From Patescibacteria group bacterium (GTDB lineage: Bacteria; Patescibacteriota; Minisyncoccia; UBA6257; GWB1-50-10): a DNA stretch of 16,792 bases. Below the pieces are notes generated by a model that did no database searches, was not told the DNA's origin, and saw only the letters and a program-made list of their open reading frames with translations. Below, piece after piece: positions 1-6,893 of this stretch. Position 1 is the stretch's first letter. Every line of letters starts with the position of its first letter. The DNA lies in assembly GCA_038064775.1 (NCBI GenBank), contig JBBTSG010000013.1, forward strand, positions 1-16,792, in the 5' to 3' direction. The translations under genes were made by a program, and so were the position numbers.

Positions 1-50
1 GGAGCCAAGAATTTTAGCCCAGTTAAGAGTTTTTTCTAGTTTCGTAATAA

Positions 51-83
51 AATAAAAATCCCCTCGTGAGAGGGGATTAGGTT
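51..83 (-). terminator. Intrinsic terminator for the flotillin-like gene
   Basis: Inverted repeat atcccctc(58-65)/gaggggat(70-77) with loop gtga. On the minus strand the stem is followed by a T-run (the A-run at 51-57 on plus). Lies directly 3' of the minus-strand CDS ending at 99. Confidence 0.7.
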
Positions 84-98
84 GCCATTCCGTAACTA

Positions 99-2441
99 CT
101 ATTTCTTTGCTTCCGGCTTTTTTTCTACTTCTACTAAAGTATTTGAAGTAGTTGCAGAAAATGCTCTTCCGGTCATCTTCTCAAGAAGGCTAATTCCAAA
201 GAACCCTTCCATAAGTCCACCGCCATCTCCTTTTCCTCCGCCGATAACCAGATTTTCTGGTATCAGTTTTAGATTATTTGAGGCGATCTCTCTTACAACG
301 CGGATTTGACCGAATACTTCCTTGCTCATAGCATCGACTTCGAGTTTGTATGACTCAGCCGTCGATTTGCCTTTAGCAAGAATAACTTCCGCTTCTGCGT
401 TGCCAACTTTCGTAGTTGCCTCCGCATTGGCCTCTGCATTCACTTTCGTTGCTTCAGCATTCGCCTTAGCATTGATCTCGACCGCTTTAGCCGCACCCTC
501 AGCACTCAGAATTGCCGCCTCTTTAGAACCTGCCGCTGCTTTTACTTTGCCATCAGCAATGTTTTTCTCGATTTCCACATTTCTTTCGGATTCGACAACT
601 TTAGTCTGCATATTTGCCTGCGCTTTTGCATTTTCGAGAGTTCTTCTCTCTTCCTGCGCTTCTTTCTGCATCGCGTAAGTTTTCTTCTCCTGTTCTGCGA
701 TCTGGCGATCAGTGACCGTTTTGGTTAAATCGGTAGGTAATACCACATCCGCAATTAGTGTATCTTTTGAATCGATGTGATGCACCTTCAGAACACCATC
801 GATATGTTCTTTTGCTGATGCTTGGAGCTCTTTTCGTTGTGTATACAACTCAAGAGCTTTTATGTATTGAGCCGCGTTACGAAAATGTGAGCTAATCGCT
901 GGCTCAAGAACCTGCGAGATCATATTTTTAACGGATCCAAGATTCGCAATCACTTTTGGTGCATTCTTGATAGGAATATGGATAATAACACTCACATCCA
1001 TATTTACATTGAATGCGTCCGCAGTGCGCAGCGTAATGGTTTTCAGATTCGAATCCAGTTCGTGCGCGCTCGATCGGTTATCCGCCCAATTTAATAGAAT
1101 CTGTGTGGTCGGTACAAGGTCAATCTTACATATTTTTGTATTAAGCGGGTGTTTTCCAGGTTGTAATGGATCTGCCCAGATCCCTCTATGACCGTTTGCG
1201 ACAATCTTGGCGTTTACAGCTTCATCTGTTGTATCATCACCTTCTGTTCCAACATAACTTGTGACAACACCACATTCACCAATCTCAACAACAGTCATCG
1301 GCACCTTTTCGATAGTGGCAAACCACGGGTTGATAGCATAATTACCAGCGCGCAACACAGGAATCTGCAATCCCTTTTGTCCGCCTGCTTTCAAAAATGC
1401 ATTTGAATCTTGGAAATTATTATGCGTATCAAGTGGAAGTTCTTCTGCTGCAATTTTTGAAGGATCCACAATAGGTCGCCCTTCATTAATAGTGACAATA
1501 CCAACTTCGTCAGCAAGAATATTTGTCCAATCGACGACATTAATCACCTTAAACAGGATTGGATTCAGACGATATTGGCCGGGCATTAGAACATCCAGTT
1601 GACGCCCTTTTTCTCCACCATTTTTAATGAATGCCTCACCGTCAAAGAAGTTTTTATGATCAGCCACTTTAGCAGCCAAAAGTCGTCCTTCGGGAATCCT
1701 TGCGCCGTCAGCTGCTTCTATCAATCCAACTTTGCCGCCCGGTATTTCTGTGATGGGCTTTTTTTCTATTTTGAAAAGCAACGTGTTGATTCGATAAAGA
1801 CCTGGCGTTAAAAACGAAATCTGAGGACCCTTTTGTCCGCCATTCTTGATGAATGCTTCTGCATCCTGAAAATCATCGCAGTCAACTGGTGAGCCAAAGT
1901 TTCCACCTACACGTGTTACTGGCGCTCCAGCAATCGATTCAATATAACCAACTTCGTTGTCCTCGATCATAATAGCTTCCACAACTCTTACTTGAAATAA
2001 GTGCGGATTAATTCTGTATTCACCATCCGGAAGAATTGCAAGCTGCGGACCTTTTTCACCACCGCCGCTCAGAAATTTTTCTCCATCCTGAAACAGATCG
2101 CACTCGATTTGTTTCGCCATAATGGATCCTGATGGCATTGGCGCTCCAGTAATGGAACTCACCACACCTACGTGCTTGGGAGGAATTACCAAAAATTCAT
2201 GTTTTTTTGTTTTGTACAAAAAAGGTATGAGAAAATGGGTTCCCGGTCCAAGAATTCGTGCTTGTACGCCTACTTCATCGCGGAGCGCAACAGTACGACC
2301 ATCCGGCATTTGTTTACCAAACCAACGTCTTTCTAACGTGATAATTTGATTGCCCTTTGCAATGACAAAAGAATTTAGTGCTACAAGAATTAGCACGAAA
2401 AATCCAATTCCGAGCAAAAGCAAAGAAGATAATTCTAACAT
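99..2441 (-). CDS. Flotillin-like SPFH/band-7 membrane protein (FloT/YqiK-like), 780 aa. N-terminal TM anchor, five tandem partial-SPFH repeats, full SPFH domain, Ala/Glu-rich coiled-coil, Gly-rich C-terminal tail
   Basis: Long ORF with a strong SD (aaggag, 7 nt before ATG at 2441) and an N-terminal hydrophobic segment (LLLLGIGFFVLILVAL). Repeated motif FxDxEAFxKNGGxKGxQ...PGxYRINPxLFKV, appearing 4-5 times, resembles the N-terminal beta-strands of the SPFH fold. The C-terminal EA-rich region (QEKK...NAEANAEAT...AEAEVILAKGK) and the GGGKGDGGG tail are typical of bacterial flotillins. Confidence 0.85.
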   Translation of the reverse strand: MLELSSLLLLGIGFFVLILVALNSFVIAKGNQIITLERRWFGKQMPDGRTVALRDEVGVQARILGPGTHFLIPFLYKTKKHEFLVIPPKHVGVVSSITGAPMPSGSIMAKQIECDLFQDGEKFLSGGGEKGPQLAILPDGEYRINPHLFQVRVVEAIMIEDNEVGYIESIAGAPVTRVGGNFGSPVDCDDFQDAEAFIKNGGQKGPQISFLTPGLYRINTLLFKIEKKPITEIPGGKVGLIEAADGARIPEGRLLAAKVADHKNFFDGEAFIKNGGEKGRQLDVLMPGQYRLNPILFKVINVVDWTNILADEVGIVTINEGRPIVDPSKIAAEELPLDTHNNFQDSNAFLKAGGQKGLQIPVLRAGNYAINPWFATIEKVPMTVVEIGECGVVTSYVGTEGDDTTDEAVNAKIVANGHRGIWADPLQPGKHPLNTKICKIDLVPTTQILLNWADNRSSAHELDSNLKTITLRTADAFNVNMDVSVIIHIPIKNAPKVIANLGSVKNMISQVLEPAISSHFRNAAQYIKALELYTQRKELQASAKEHIDGVLKVHHIDSKDTLIADVVLPTDLTKTVTDRQIAEQEKKTYAMQKEAQEERRTLENAKAQANMQTKVVESERNVEIEKNIADGKVKAAAGSKEAAILSAEGAAKAVEINAKANAEATKVNAEANAEATTKVGNAEAEVILAKGKSTAESYKLEVDAMSKEVFGQIRVVREIASNNLKLIPENLVIGGGKGDGGGLMEGFFGISLLEKMTGRAFSATTSNTLVEVEKKPEAKK

Positions 2442-2515
2442 GGTGTAACTCCTTTATTTAGTTGTGAATGATTAAGGTGAATTAATTAATTTATACCTTA
2501 AATTTTACTGGTTGC

Positions 2516-2544
2516 AGTTTACACCTATAATAATTATTTGTCAA
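2516..2544 (-). promoter_or_regulatory. Sigma70-like promoter for the flotillin-like gene (minus strand: TTGACA-17-TAAACT)
   Basis: Reverse complement of 2516-2544 reads ttgaca aataattattataggtg taaact. This would put the TSS about 65-70 nt upstream of the ATG at 2441. Confidence 0.5.
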
Positions 2545-2613
2545 TAGGATATAAAATCCCCTATTTTCTTTTATAAAAAGTTTCCTTCACGGAAGAGAAA
2601 GAAATAATTCATA

Positions 2614-2645
2614 ATCGTCCCGCTAAGCGGGACGATTTTTTATAT
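2614..2645 (+). terminator. Orphan intrinsic-terminator-like hairpin oriented on the plus strand
   Basis: atcgtcccgc-taag-cgggacgat (perfect 10-bp stem) followed by tttttt on plus. There is no upstream plus-strand CDS. It sits between divergent genes, immediately upstream of the promoter at 2656-2683. Confidence 0.5.
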
Positions 2646-2655
2646 ATTTTAAATT

Positions 2656-2683
2656 TTGCGATTAGCGCTGATTTTTGTATAAT
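2656..2683 (+). promoter_or_regulatory. Sigma70 promoter (TTGCGA-16-TGnTATAAT) for the 2738 gene
   Basis: ttgcga(2656-2661), 16-nt spacer, tataat(2678-2683), preceded by tg (extended -10). The 7-bp inverted repeat gctgatt(2667-2673)/aatcagc(2686-2692) brackets the -10 box. Confidence 0.6.
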
Positions 2684-2737
2684 TTAATCAGCATATTAAT
2701 AAATTATTAAACCTAAAAATCATGAAAGGATTTATCA

Positions 2738-3253
2738 ATGACTATTATTTTTGCTTTTGTATTGATTCTCTTTGCGGGTCTTTCAAGATTATTTCCTCAT
2801 CCGCCTAACTTCACGCCGGTGATTTCCGTAGCGCTTTTTGCCGGAGCGTATTTCAATAAAAAATCCGCTTTAATAATTTCCCTTACGGGACTATTTTTAA
2901 GCGATCTCTTTATCGGTTTCTATGGGCCTTTAATGCTTTTCGTTTATGGGAGTTTAGCCCTTGCAATCATTTTTGGGTCTGTAATAAAGAAAGATATTTC
3001 CATTGAGAGAATTATCGTTTGTTCGGTTGCTGGTCCTATCTTATTTTTTGTTATTACGAATTTTGGCGTTTGGGTTCTTCCAGATTCAACATATCCGAAA
3101 ACTTTCGCCGGACTTGCAGAGTGTTATGTTATGGCAATTCCATTTTTTAGAAATACGCTTTCAAGCACCATAATTTACAGCGCGGGATTGTTTGGATTAT
3201 ACGAATTAGCGGAAAGATATTTGTTTAAAGCGAAACGGCATAATACGATTTAA
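2738..3253 (+). CDS. Small polytopic membrane protein (~5 TM). Possibly an ECF-transporter S-component-like / DUF-type substrate-binding membrane protein
   Basis: ORF with RBS aaagga 8 nt before the ATG and a hydrophobic profile. The motif LFPHPPNFTPV near the N-terminus is reminiscent of ECF S-component-like families. Family assignment is uncertain. Confidence 0.65.
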   Translation: MTIIFAFVLILFAGLSRLFPHPPNFTPVISVALFAGAYFNKKSALIISLTGLFLSDLFIGFYGPLMLFVYGSLALAIIFGSVIKKDISIERIIVCSVAGPILFFVITNFGVWVLPDSTYPKTFAGLAECYVMAIPFFRNTLSSTIIYSAGLFGLYELAERYLFKAKRHNTI

Positions 3254-3261
3254 TTAAACGC

Positions 3262-3290
3262 AAAGCGGCACTTCTAGGTGCCGCTTTTTC
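3262..3290. terminator. Bidirectional intrinsic terminator between convergent genes
   Basis: aaa-gcggcac(3265-3271)-ttctag-gtgccgc(3278-3284)-ttttt. There is an A-run on the 5' side and a T-run on the 3' side, so it can serve both the plus gene ending at 3253 and the minus gene ending at 3308. Confidence 0.7.
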
Positions 3291-3307
3291 TATCTCAAAA
3301 AACTTAT

Positions 3308-3613
3308 TTAGGAAAGATGCTTTGAAACGAGCTTTGTCATTTCAAACATATTCACCACTTCCTTTCCGCCAAACACTTTTTTCAAATTTTCGTCGGCGTT
3401 GATATTCCGCTTATTGGCTGAGTCCTGCAAGCTTGGACCCTTTCTTAAACTACTCCCTTTCTTACCATTTTCATCCTCGTACACATCCCCCTTAATGTAC
3501 ATCCAAAGTTTTTTCACAACTTCCGACCTTGGCATAGGACCCGCGCCGACTACCGCGGCCAATTCCGCGCTCACATTCATCGGCTTCATAAACGCTGAAC
3601 CTTTTCCTGGCAT
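3308..3613 (-). CDS. Stand-alone SWIB/MDM2-domain protein (101 aa)
   Basis: Protein AELAAVVGAGPMPRSEVVKKLWMYIK...KRNINADENLKKVFGGKEVVNMFEMTKLVSKHL matches the conserved core of bacterial SWIB domains (..P.PRTEVVKK.W.YIK...NKR.I..D.KLK.VFG......F.M.KL...HL). It has a ~20-aa insertion (DVYEDENGKKGSSLRKGPSLQDSA). Confidence 0.8.
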   Translation of the reverse strand: MPGKGSAFMKPMNVSAELAAVVGAGPMPRSEVVKKLWMYIKGDVYEDENGKKGSSLRKGPSLQDSANKRNINADENLKKVFGGKEVVNMFEMTKLVSKHLS

Positions 3614-3701
3614 GTTTTTATAAGTTTATTGCTTTTAGACCTTTATATAATTATACACAATTCAAGGGTAAATACTAACCTTTATCTGATAGAATAAAAT
3701 T

Positions 3702-4241
3702 ATGAAGATTTTTTCCAAATTTGTCATTTCTGTAGCGGTTTGCGAGTTTGCCGGTGTTATTGGCGCTTTTTTTGCAACGCCGTCAATTTCAAATTGGTAT
3801 ATAAATCTCGCAAAGCCCGCTTTTATGCCACCGGCGTGGATTTTCAGCCCGGTTTGGGCAACGCTTTACGCGCTTATGGGCGTTTCTTTGTTTTTGGTTT
3901 GGCAAAACGAGTGGCGGGTAAAAAATAAAATTTTATTACCTAAGAAGAAAGCGTGGAATAAATGGTCAGAGCGGTTTTGGATTGGTGACCTTCAAAAAGA
4001 AAATATTATTGCTATTTTTGTCATCCAACTAATTTTAAACATTAGCTGGTCATATCTCTTTTTTGGCTTACAGCTCCCAGTGCTGGCCTTTTTTGAAATA
4101 TTAGCTTTGTGGTGGGCAATTTTTTACACAATCGTTAATTTTTACAGAGTGTCTAAGTTTGCCGCCTGGTTTCTTTTGCCTTATGTATTTTGGGTAAGTT
4201 TTGCGATTTATCTCAATTATTCAATCGTGGTTCTGAATTAA
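3702..4241 (+). CDS. tspO: TspO/MBR family tryptophan-rich sensory protein
   Basis: WYINLAKPAFMPPAWIFSPVWATLYALMG and the C-terminal LLPYVFWVSFAIYLNYSIV match the TspO consensus (WY..L.KP.W.PP.WVF..VWT.LY.LM; L.VPYL.W...A..LN). It carries an inserted basic loop (VKNKILLPKKKAWNKWSERFWIGDLQKE). Confidence 0.85.
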   Translation: MKIFSKFVISVAVCEFAGVIGAFFATPSISNWYINLAKPAFMPPAWIFSPVWATLYALMGVSLFLVWQNEWRVKNKILLPKKKAWNKWSERFWIGDLQKENIIAIFVIQLILNISWSYLFFGLQLPVLAFFEILALWWAIFYTIVNFYRVSKFAAWFLLPYVFWVSFAIYLNYSIVVLN

Positions 4242-4281
4242 CACGATTGAAATGTTATACTAAATAACAATAAATCTTATT

Positions 4282-4713
4282 ATGTTTGAAAATTTAAGAT
4301 CGCGTAAATTTTGTAGGATTGCTATTGAAATTATGAGATTCGCACTCGCGCTGGTTTTTTTATGGTTCGGTTTATTAAAACTTTTTAACGTAAGCCCTGT
4401 TCTCGATGTTATCGCTATTTCTTTTCCAGCCATAGCCGAAAATCAAATTTTGTACTTACTGCTTGCGATTTTGGAAATCGCGATTGGTATTGGTATTTTT
4501 TTGCCGCGTATTCAGCGATTCTTTCTTTGGGTTTTGATTGGCCATCTTCTTGCGGCCACAATCGGCGTTTTAACGTCTGGTTACGCTTTTGCTTCAAATT
4601 TTCCGCTTCTCACTTTTACCGGAGAATTTGTGATAAAAAATATTGTTTTGATGGCCGCTGCTTTAGTTTTAATTTCTTACGACAGAAAATTTTATTTGGA
4701 TGAATCAGCTTGA
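4282..4713 (+). CDS. DoxX-like / DUF417 (YkgB-like) membrane protein
   Basis: RFALALVFLWFGLLKLF N-terminal motif and 4-TM hydropathy are typical of the DoxX/DUF417 superfamily. No SD is visible. Confidence 0.55.
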   Translation: MFENLRSRKFCRIAIEIMRFALALVFLWFGLLKLFNVSPVLDVIAISFPAIAENQILYLLLAILEIAIGIGIFLPRIQRFFLWVLIGHLLAATIGVLTSGYAFASNFPLLTFTGEFVIKNIVLMAAALVLISYDRKFYLDESA

Positions 4714-4739
4714 TTTTTTCACGTATTTAGTTTTATACT
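4710..4739 (+). promoter_or_regulatory. Sigma70-like promoter (TTGATT-18-TATACT) for the 4777 gene
   Basis: ttgatt(4710-4715) and tatact(4734-4739) overlap the stop codon of the preceding gene. Confidence 0.4.
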
Positions 4740-4776
4740 AAAGTCAGTTTTTTGAAATTTAAATAAGGAAACACTT

Positions 4777-5136
4777 ATGGCTTTTGTTTTTTCCAAAGAA
4801 GTTTTAATTGCTTTTGCCGTGATATTTACGGAGAGCGTCGTGTTTGGATTCTTTATGGCATTATTCGGCCGTTTTGTAACAATCGTGAGTTGTTCTAAAG
4901 AAGAGCAAAAAAATATTGTCTCGTGGCGAGATTGGATTAGGGGATGCGCCATTATTGCGCTCGCTATATCTTTCCAAACGTATTTACTTTTCTATTCCAG
5001 TAAATATATCTATTTTATGGCGTGCGTGGCGGTTACCATTTTTATTGGAACCGTTTTTGGTGGCTTACCGATTATTAGAAGGCCTCTGAAGACAGGAAAA
5101 ATTTTGGAGAAAATAATAAATCTTTTTCAAAAATAA
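4777..5136 (+). CDS. Hypothetical small membrane protein (119 aa, ~3 TM)
   Basis: ORF with RBS aagga 7 nt upstream, a hydrophobic profile, and a strong terminator immediately after it. Confidence 0.55.
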   Translation: MAFVFSKEVLIAFAVIFTESVVFGFFMALFGRFVTIVSCSKEEQKNIVSWRDWIRGCAIIALAISFQTYLLFYSSKYIYFMACVAVTIFIGTVFGGLPIIRRPLKTGKILEKIINLFQK

Positions 5137-5138
5137 AA

Positions 5139-5163
5139 ATCCCCCGTAACACGGGGGATTTTT
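5139..5163 (+). terminator. Intrinsic terminator (bidirectional-capable)
   Basis: atcccccgt-aac-acgggggat stem followed by tttt. An A-run precedes it. Confidence 0.8.
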
Positions 5164-5193
5164 GCAATTAAAGTTGTCGAAAAAAATGGGGGA

Positions 5194-6756
5194 GTGGTAG
5201 AATTAAATCAAATGAAGAAAAATTTTGAACAGCCGAATTCTTCATATAAGGAAAGAAAGCCGGAGAAAGAGAAAGCCGACTTCGATTTTACGGCAAAAGA
5301 CGTGCTAGATGCTTTGCGGACAAATCGCGGCGGGCCGAAAATTGAATACATCGGGAGTGCCACTTCGGATTTTCAAGCCGAACCATTGATCTTAGATAGC
5401 GAAGGCAAGCCGTTCGTGGTTTCTGATTGGGAATTTGAGCTCGTGAAAAACATAGAAGGAAAAAAATCAAAAATAAGAGGTATTCAAAAAGTGGAAGAGT
5501 TTCCGCATTTCCACGCCGAGAAAGAAAAATATATCAAACGTTCGGCGGAACTTGGCGAAAACATGTTTCGTTTCTCGCTTGATTTCGCCCGGCTCTGTCC
5601 GAAAGAAGGTGAATTTAACGAAGCGTTAATGGCTGATTACGTGAAAGCGCTAGGACTTATAAAAGCGCGCGGTTTGGAACCGATGCTCACGATTTTTCAC
5701 TGGCCAATGCCGGAATATTTGGTGAAGCGCGACCGTTACGGAGAAATTGAAGCCGGTGGTTGGGAAAACCCGGAAGCGGCAAAGCATTTCCGCTTTTATG
5801 TTGAACAAGTTATAAAGTTTATTGCTGATGAAAACAAAGTTCGGGGAGCGCTTTCCGAAGAAGGTTTCGACAAAAATTCAACCGACAAATTTTTAAGCGA
5901 GGGATTAGTGCGTTATTTTTTGACGATAAATGAGCCGAAAAGCATTTTAGGTAATGGTTATATCGCCGGAATTTTTCCGCCCTTTAAAAAAGGAAACGTT
6001 TTCTTATTTCGGGAAGTTTTAGGAAAGTTAGTTGAAGCACACGATATCGCTTTTAATGAAATTAAATCAGGTAAACTTAAACTGCCGCCGGAACGCGATT
6101 CAAAAGTTGGCGCCGTTTACAATTGGGATTATTTTGACGGTGTCTTTGGCGAATTTTTACATAAAACAACCAACGAATATCCTACAAAAAGCATTGAACG
6201 AAACGGCGCTTACAGCGATTTTCTAGGGCTTGATTATTATTGTCGGGCAACCGTGCCGGCGCTTTATCCGCCGATCGGTCCGTATAAACCAAAAGACAGG
6301 GATTATGGCGAACATCCCGGTTTCGGCGATATTTATCCGCGTGGAATTTATGAGCAGTTGAAGCGAATACACAAAGAATATCCCCAAAAAGAAATTTTCA
6401 TTACTGAATTTGGCTTTTCCGATAAAAATGACAAGCGGCGGCCTTATTGGATTTTAGAGACCACTCGTTATATTATTGAGGCTTTAAAGCACGACGTGCC
6501 GGTGAAAGGTATGTTTTTATGGTCTTTGGTTAATAATTTCGAATGGAATTTAGGAATGGACCAAAAATTTGGTATGTTTGACGAGAGCGAACTTAAAAAA
6601 GAATTGAAAGGATCGCCGGTCGGTGATTTGCGGAGTTGGGAAGTTTGGAAGGCGGTAACTAAAGCTATTACTGATCCGAAGCCGGAATCGCTTCAGGAAT
6701 TACAAACGATTTACGAAAGAGCAAAAAGCCAATTTATTATTAATAGTAAAACTTAA
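5194..6756 (+). CDS. Glycoside hydrolase family 1 (beta-glucosidase / 6-phospho-beta-glucosidase-like), 520 aa with a ~45-aa N-terminal extension
   Basis: GH1 hallmarks are present. FRFSLDFARLCPKEG is equivalent to the YRFSI.WSRI.P.G region. LTIFHWPMPEYL is equivalent to the .T..HWD.P..L region. TINEP is the acid/base motif T[LFI]NEP, and ITEFG is the nucleophile-position Glu (usually ITENG). The start is ambiguous: GTG at 5194, immediately after ggggag, or ATG at 5212. Confidence 0.85.
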   Translation: MVELNQMKKNFEQPNSSYKERKPEKEKADFDFTAKDVLDALRTNRGGPKIEYIGSATSDFQAEPLILDSEGKPFVVSDWEFELVKNIEGKKSKIRGIQKVEEFPHFHAEKEKYIKRSAELGENMFRFSLDFARLCPKEGEFNEALMADYVKALGLIKARGLEPMLTIFHWPMPEYLVKRDRYGEIEAGGWENPEAAKHFRFYVEQVIKFIADENKVRGALSEEGFDKNSTDKFLSEGLVRYFLTINEPKSILGNGYIAGIFPPFKKGNVFLFREVLGKLVEAHDIAFNEIKSGKLKLPPERDSKVGAVYNWDYFDGVFGEFLHKTTNEYPTKSIERNGAYSDFLGLDYYCRATVPALYPPIGPYKPKDRDYGEHPGFGDIYPRGIYEQLKRIHKEYPQKEIFITEFGFSDKNDKRRPYWILETTRYIIEALKHDVPVKGMFLWSLVNNFEWNLGMDQKFGMFDESELKKELKGSPVGDLRSWEVWKAVTKAITDPKPESLQELQTIYERAKSQFIINSKT

Positions 6757-6802
6757 ATAATAAAATAAAAAATTTTTGCTTATTGGATTAGGGTAAAAAG
6801 TA

Positions 6803-6830
6803 TTGACATATTTAATTTTTAAGTTATACT
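6803..6830 (+). promoter_or_regulatory. Consensus sigma70 promoter (TTGACA-16-TATACT)
   Basis: ttgaca(6803-6808) and tatact(6825-6830), followed by RBS aaggga and the ATG at 6894. Confidence 0.6.
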
Positions 6831-6893
6831 AGCCAGTAGCTTATTTCACAACTCACAATACTCCAAAACACTAATTAAATAAGGGAATTACAC

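Noticed and set aside
1-98. Possible 3' end of an upstream plus-strand gene converging on the shared terminator
   Set aside because: Only 40-55 nt of open frame with no distinguishing motif, so it cannot be supported.
322-678. Repetitive GC-richer DNA (gcattggcctctgcattcactttcgttgcttcagcattcgcc...) and a 118-aa plus-strand ORF
   Set aside because: It is the antisense of the Ala/Glu-rich flotillin coiled-coil region (NAEANAEAT-type repeats). The low-complexity coding repeat explains both the DNA periodicity and the stop-free shadow frame. It is not a CRISPR or tandem-repeat locus.
1045-1065. tRNA-like T-loop string gattcgaatcc
   Set aside because: Flanking bases (caga / ccag) cannot form a T-stem, there is no acceptor or anticodon arm context, and it lies inside a coding region.
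967-2349. Plus-strand ORFs 967-1191, 1188-1406, 1599-1811 and 2122-2349 inside the flotillin gene
   Set aside because: They lie fully inside a well-supported 780-aa minus-strand CDS and have no RBS or promoter. They are shadow ORFs.
51-5163. Two terminators (51-78 and 5131-5163) sharing the 15-nt string aaaataaaaatcccc
   Set aside because: It is a short, compositionally simple A-run plus C-run motif, the stems differ after it, and it is most likely convergent terminator design rather than a dispersed repeat or mobile-element end.
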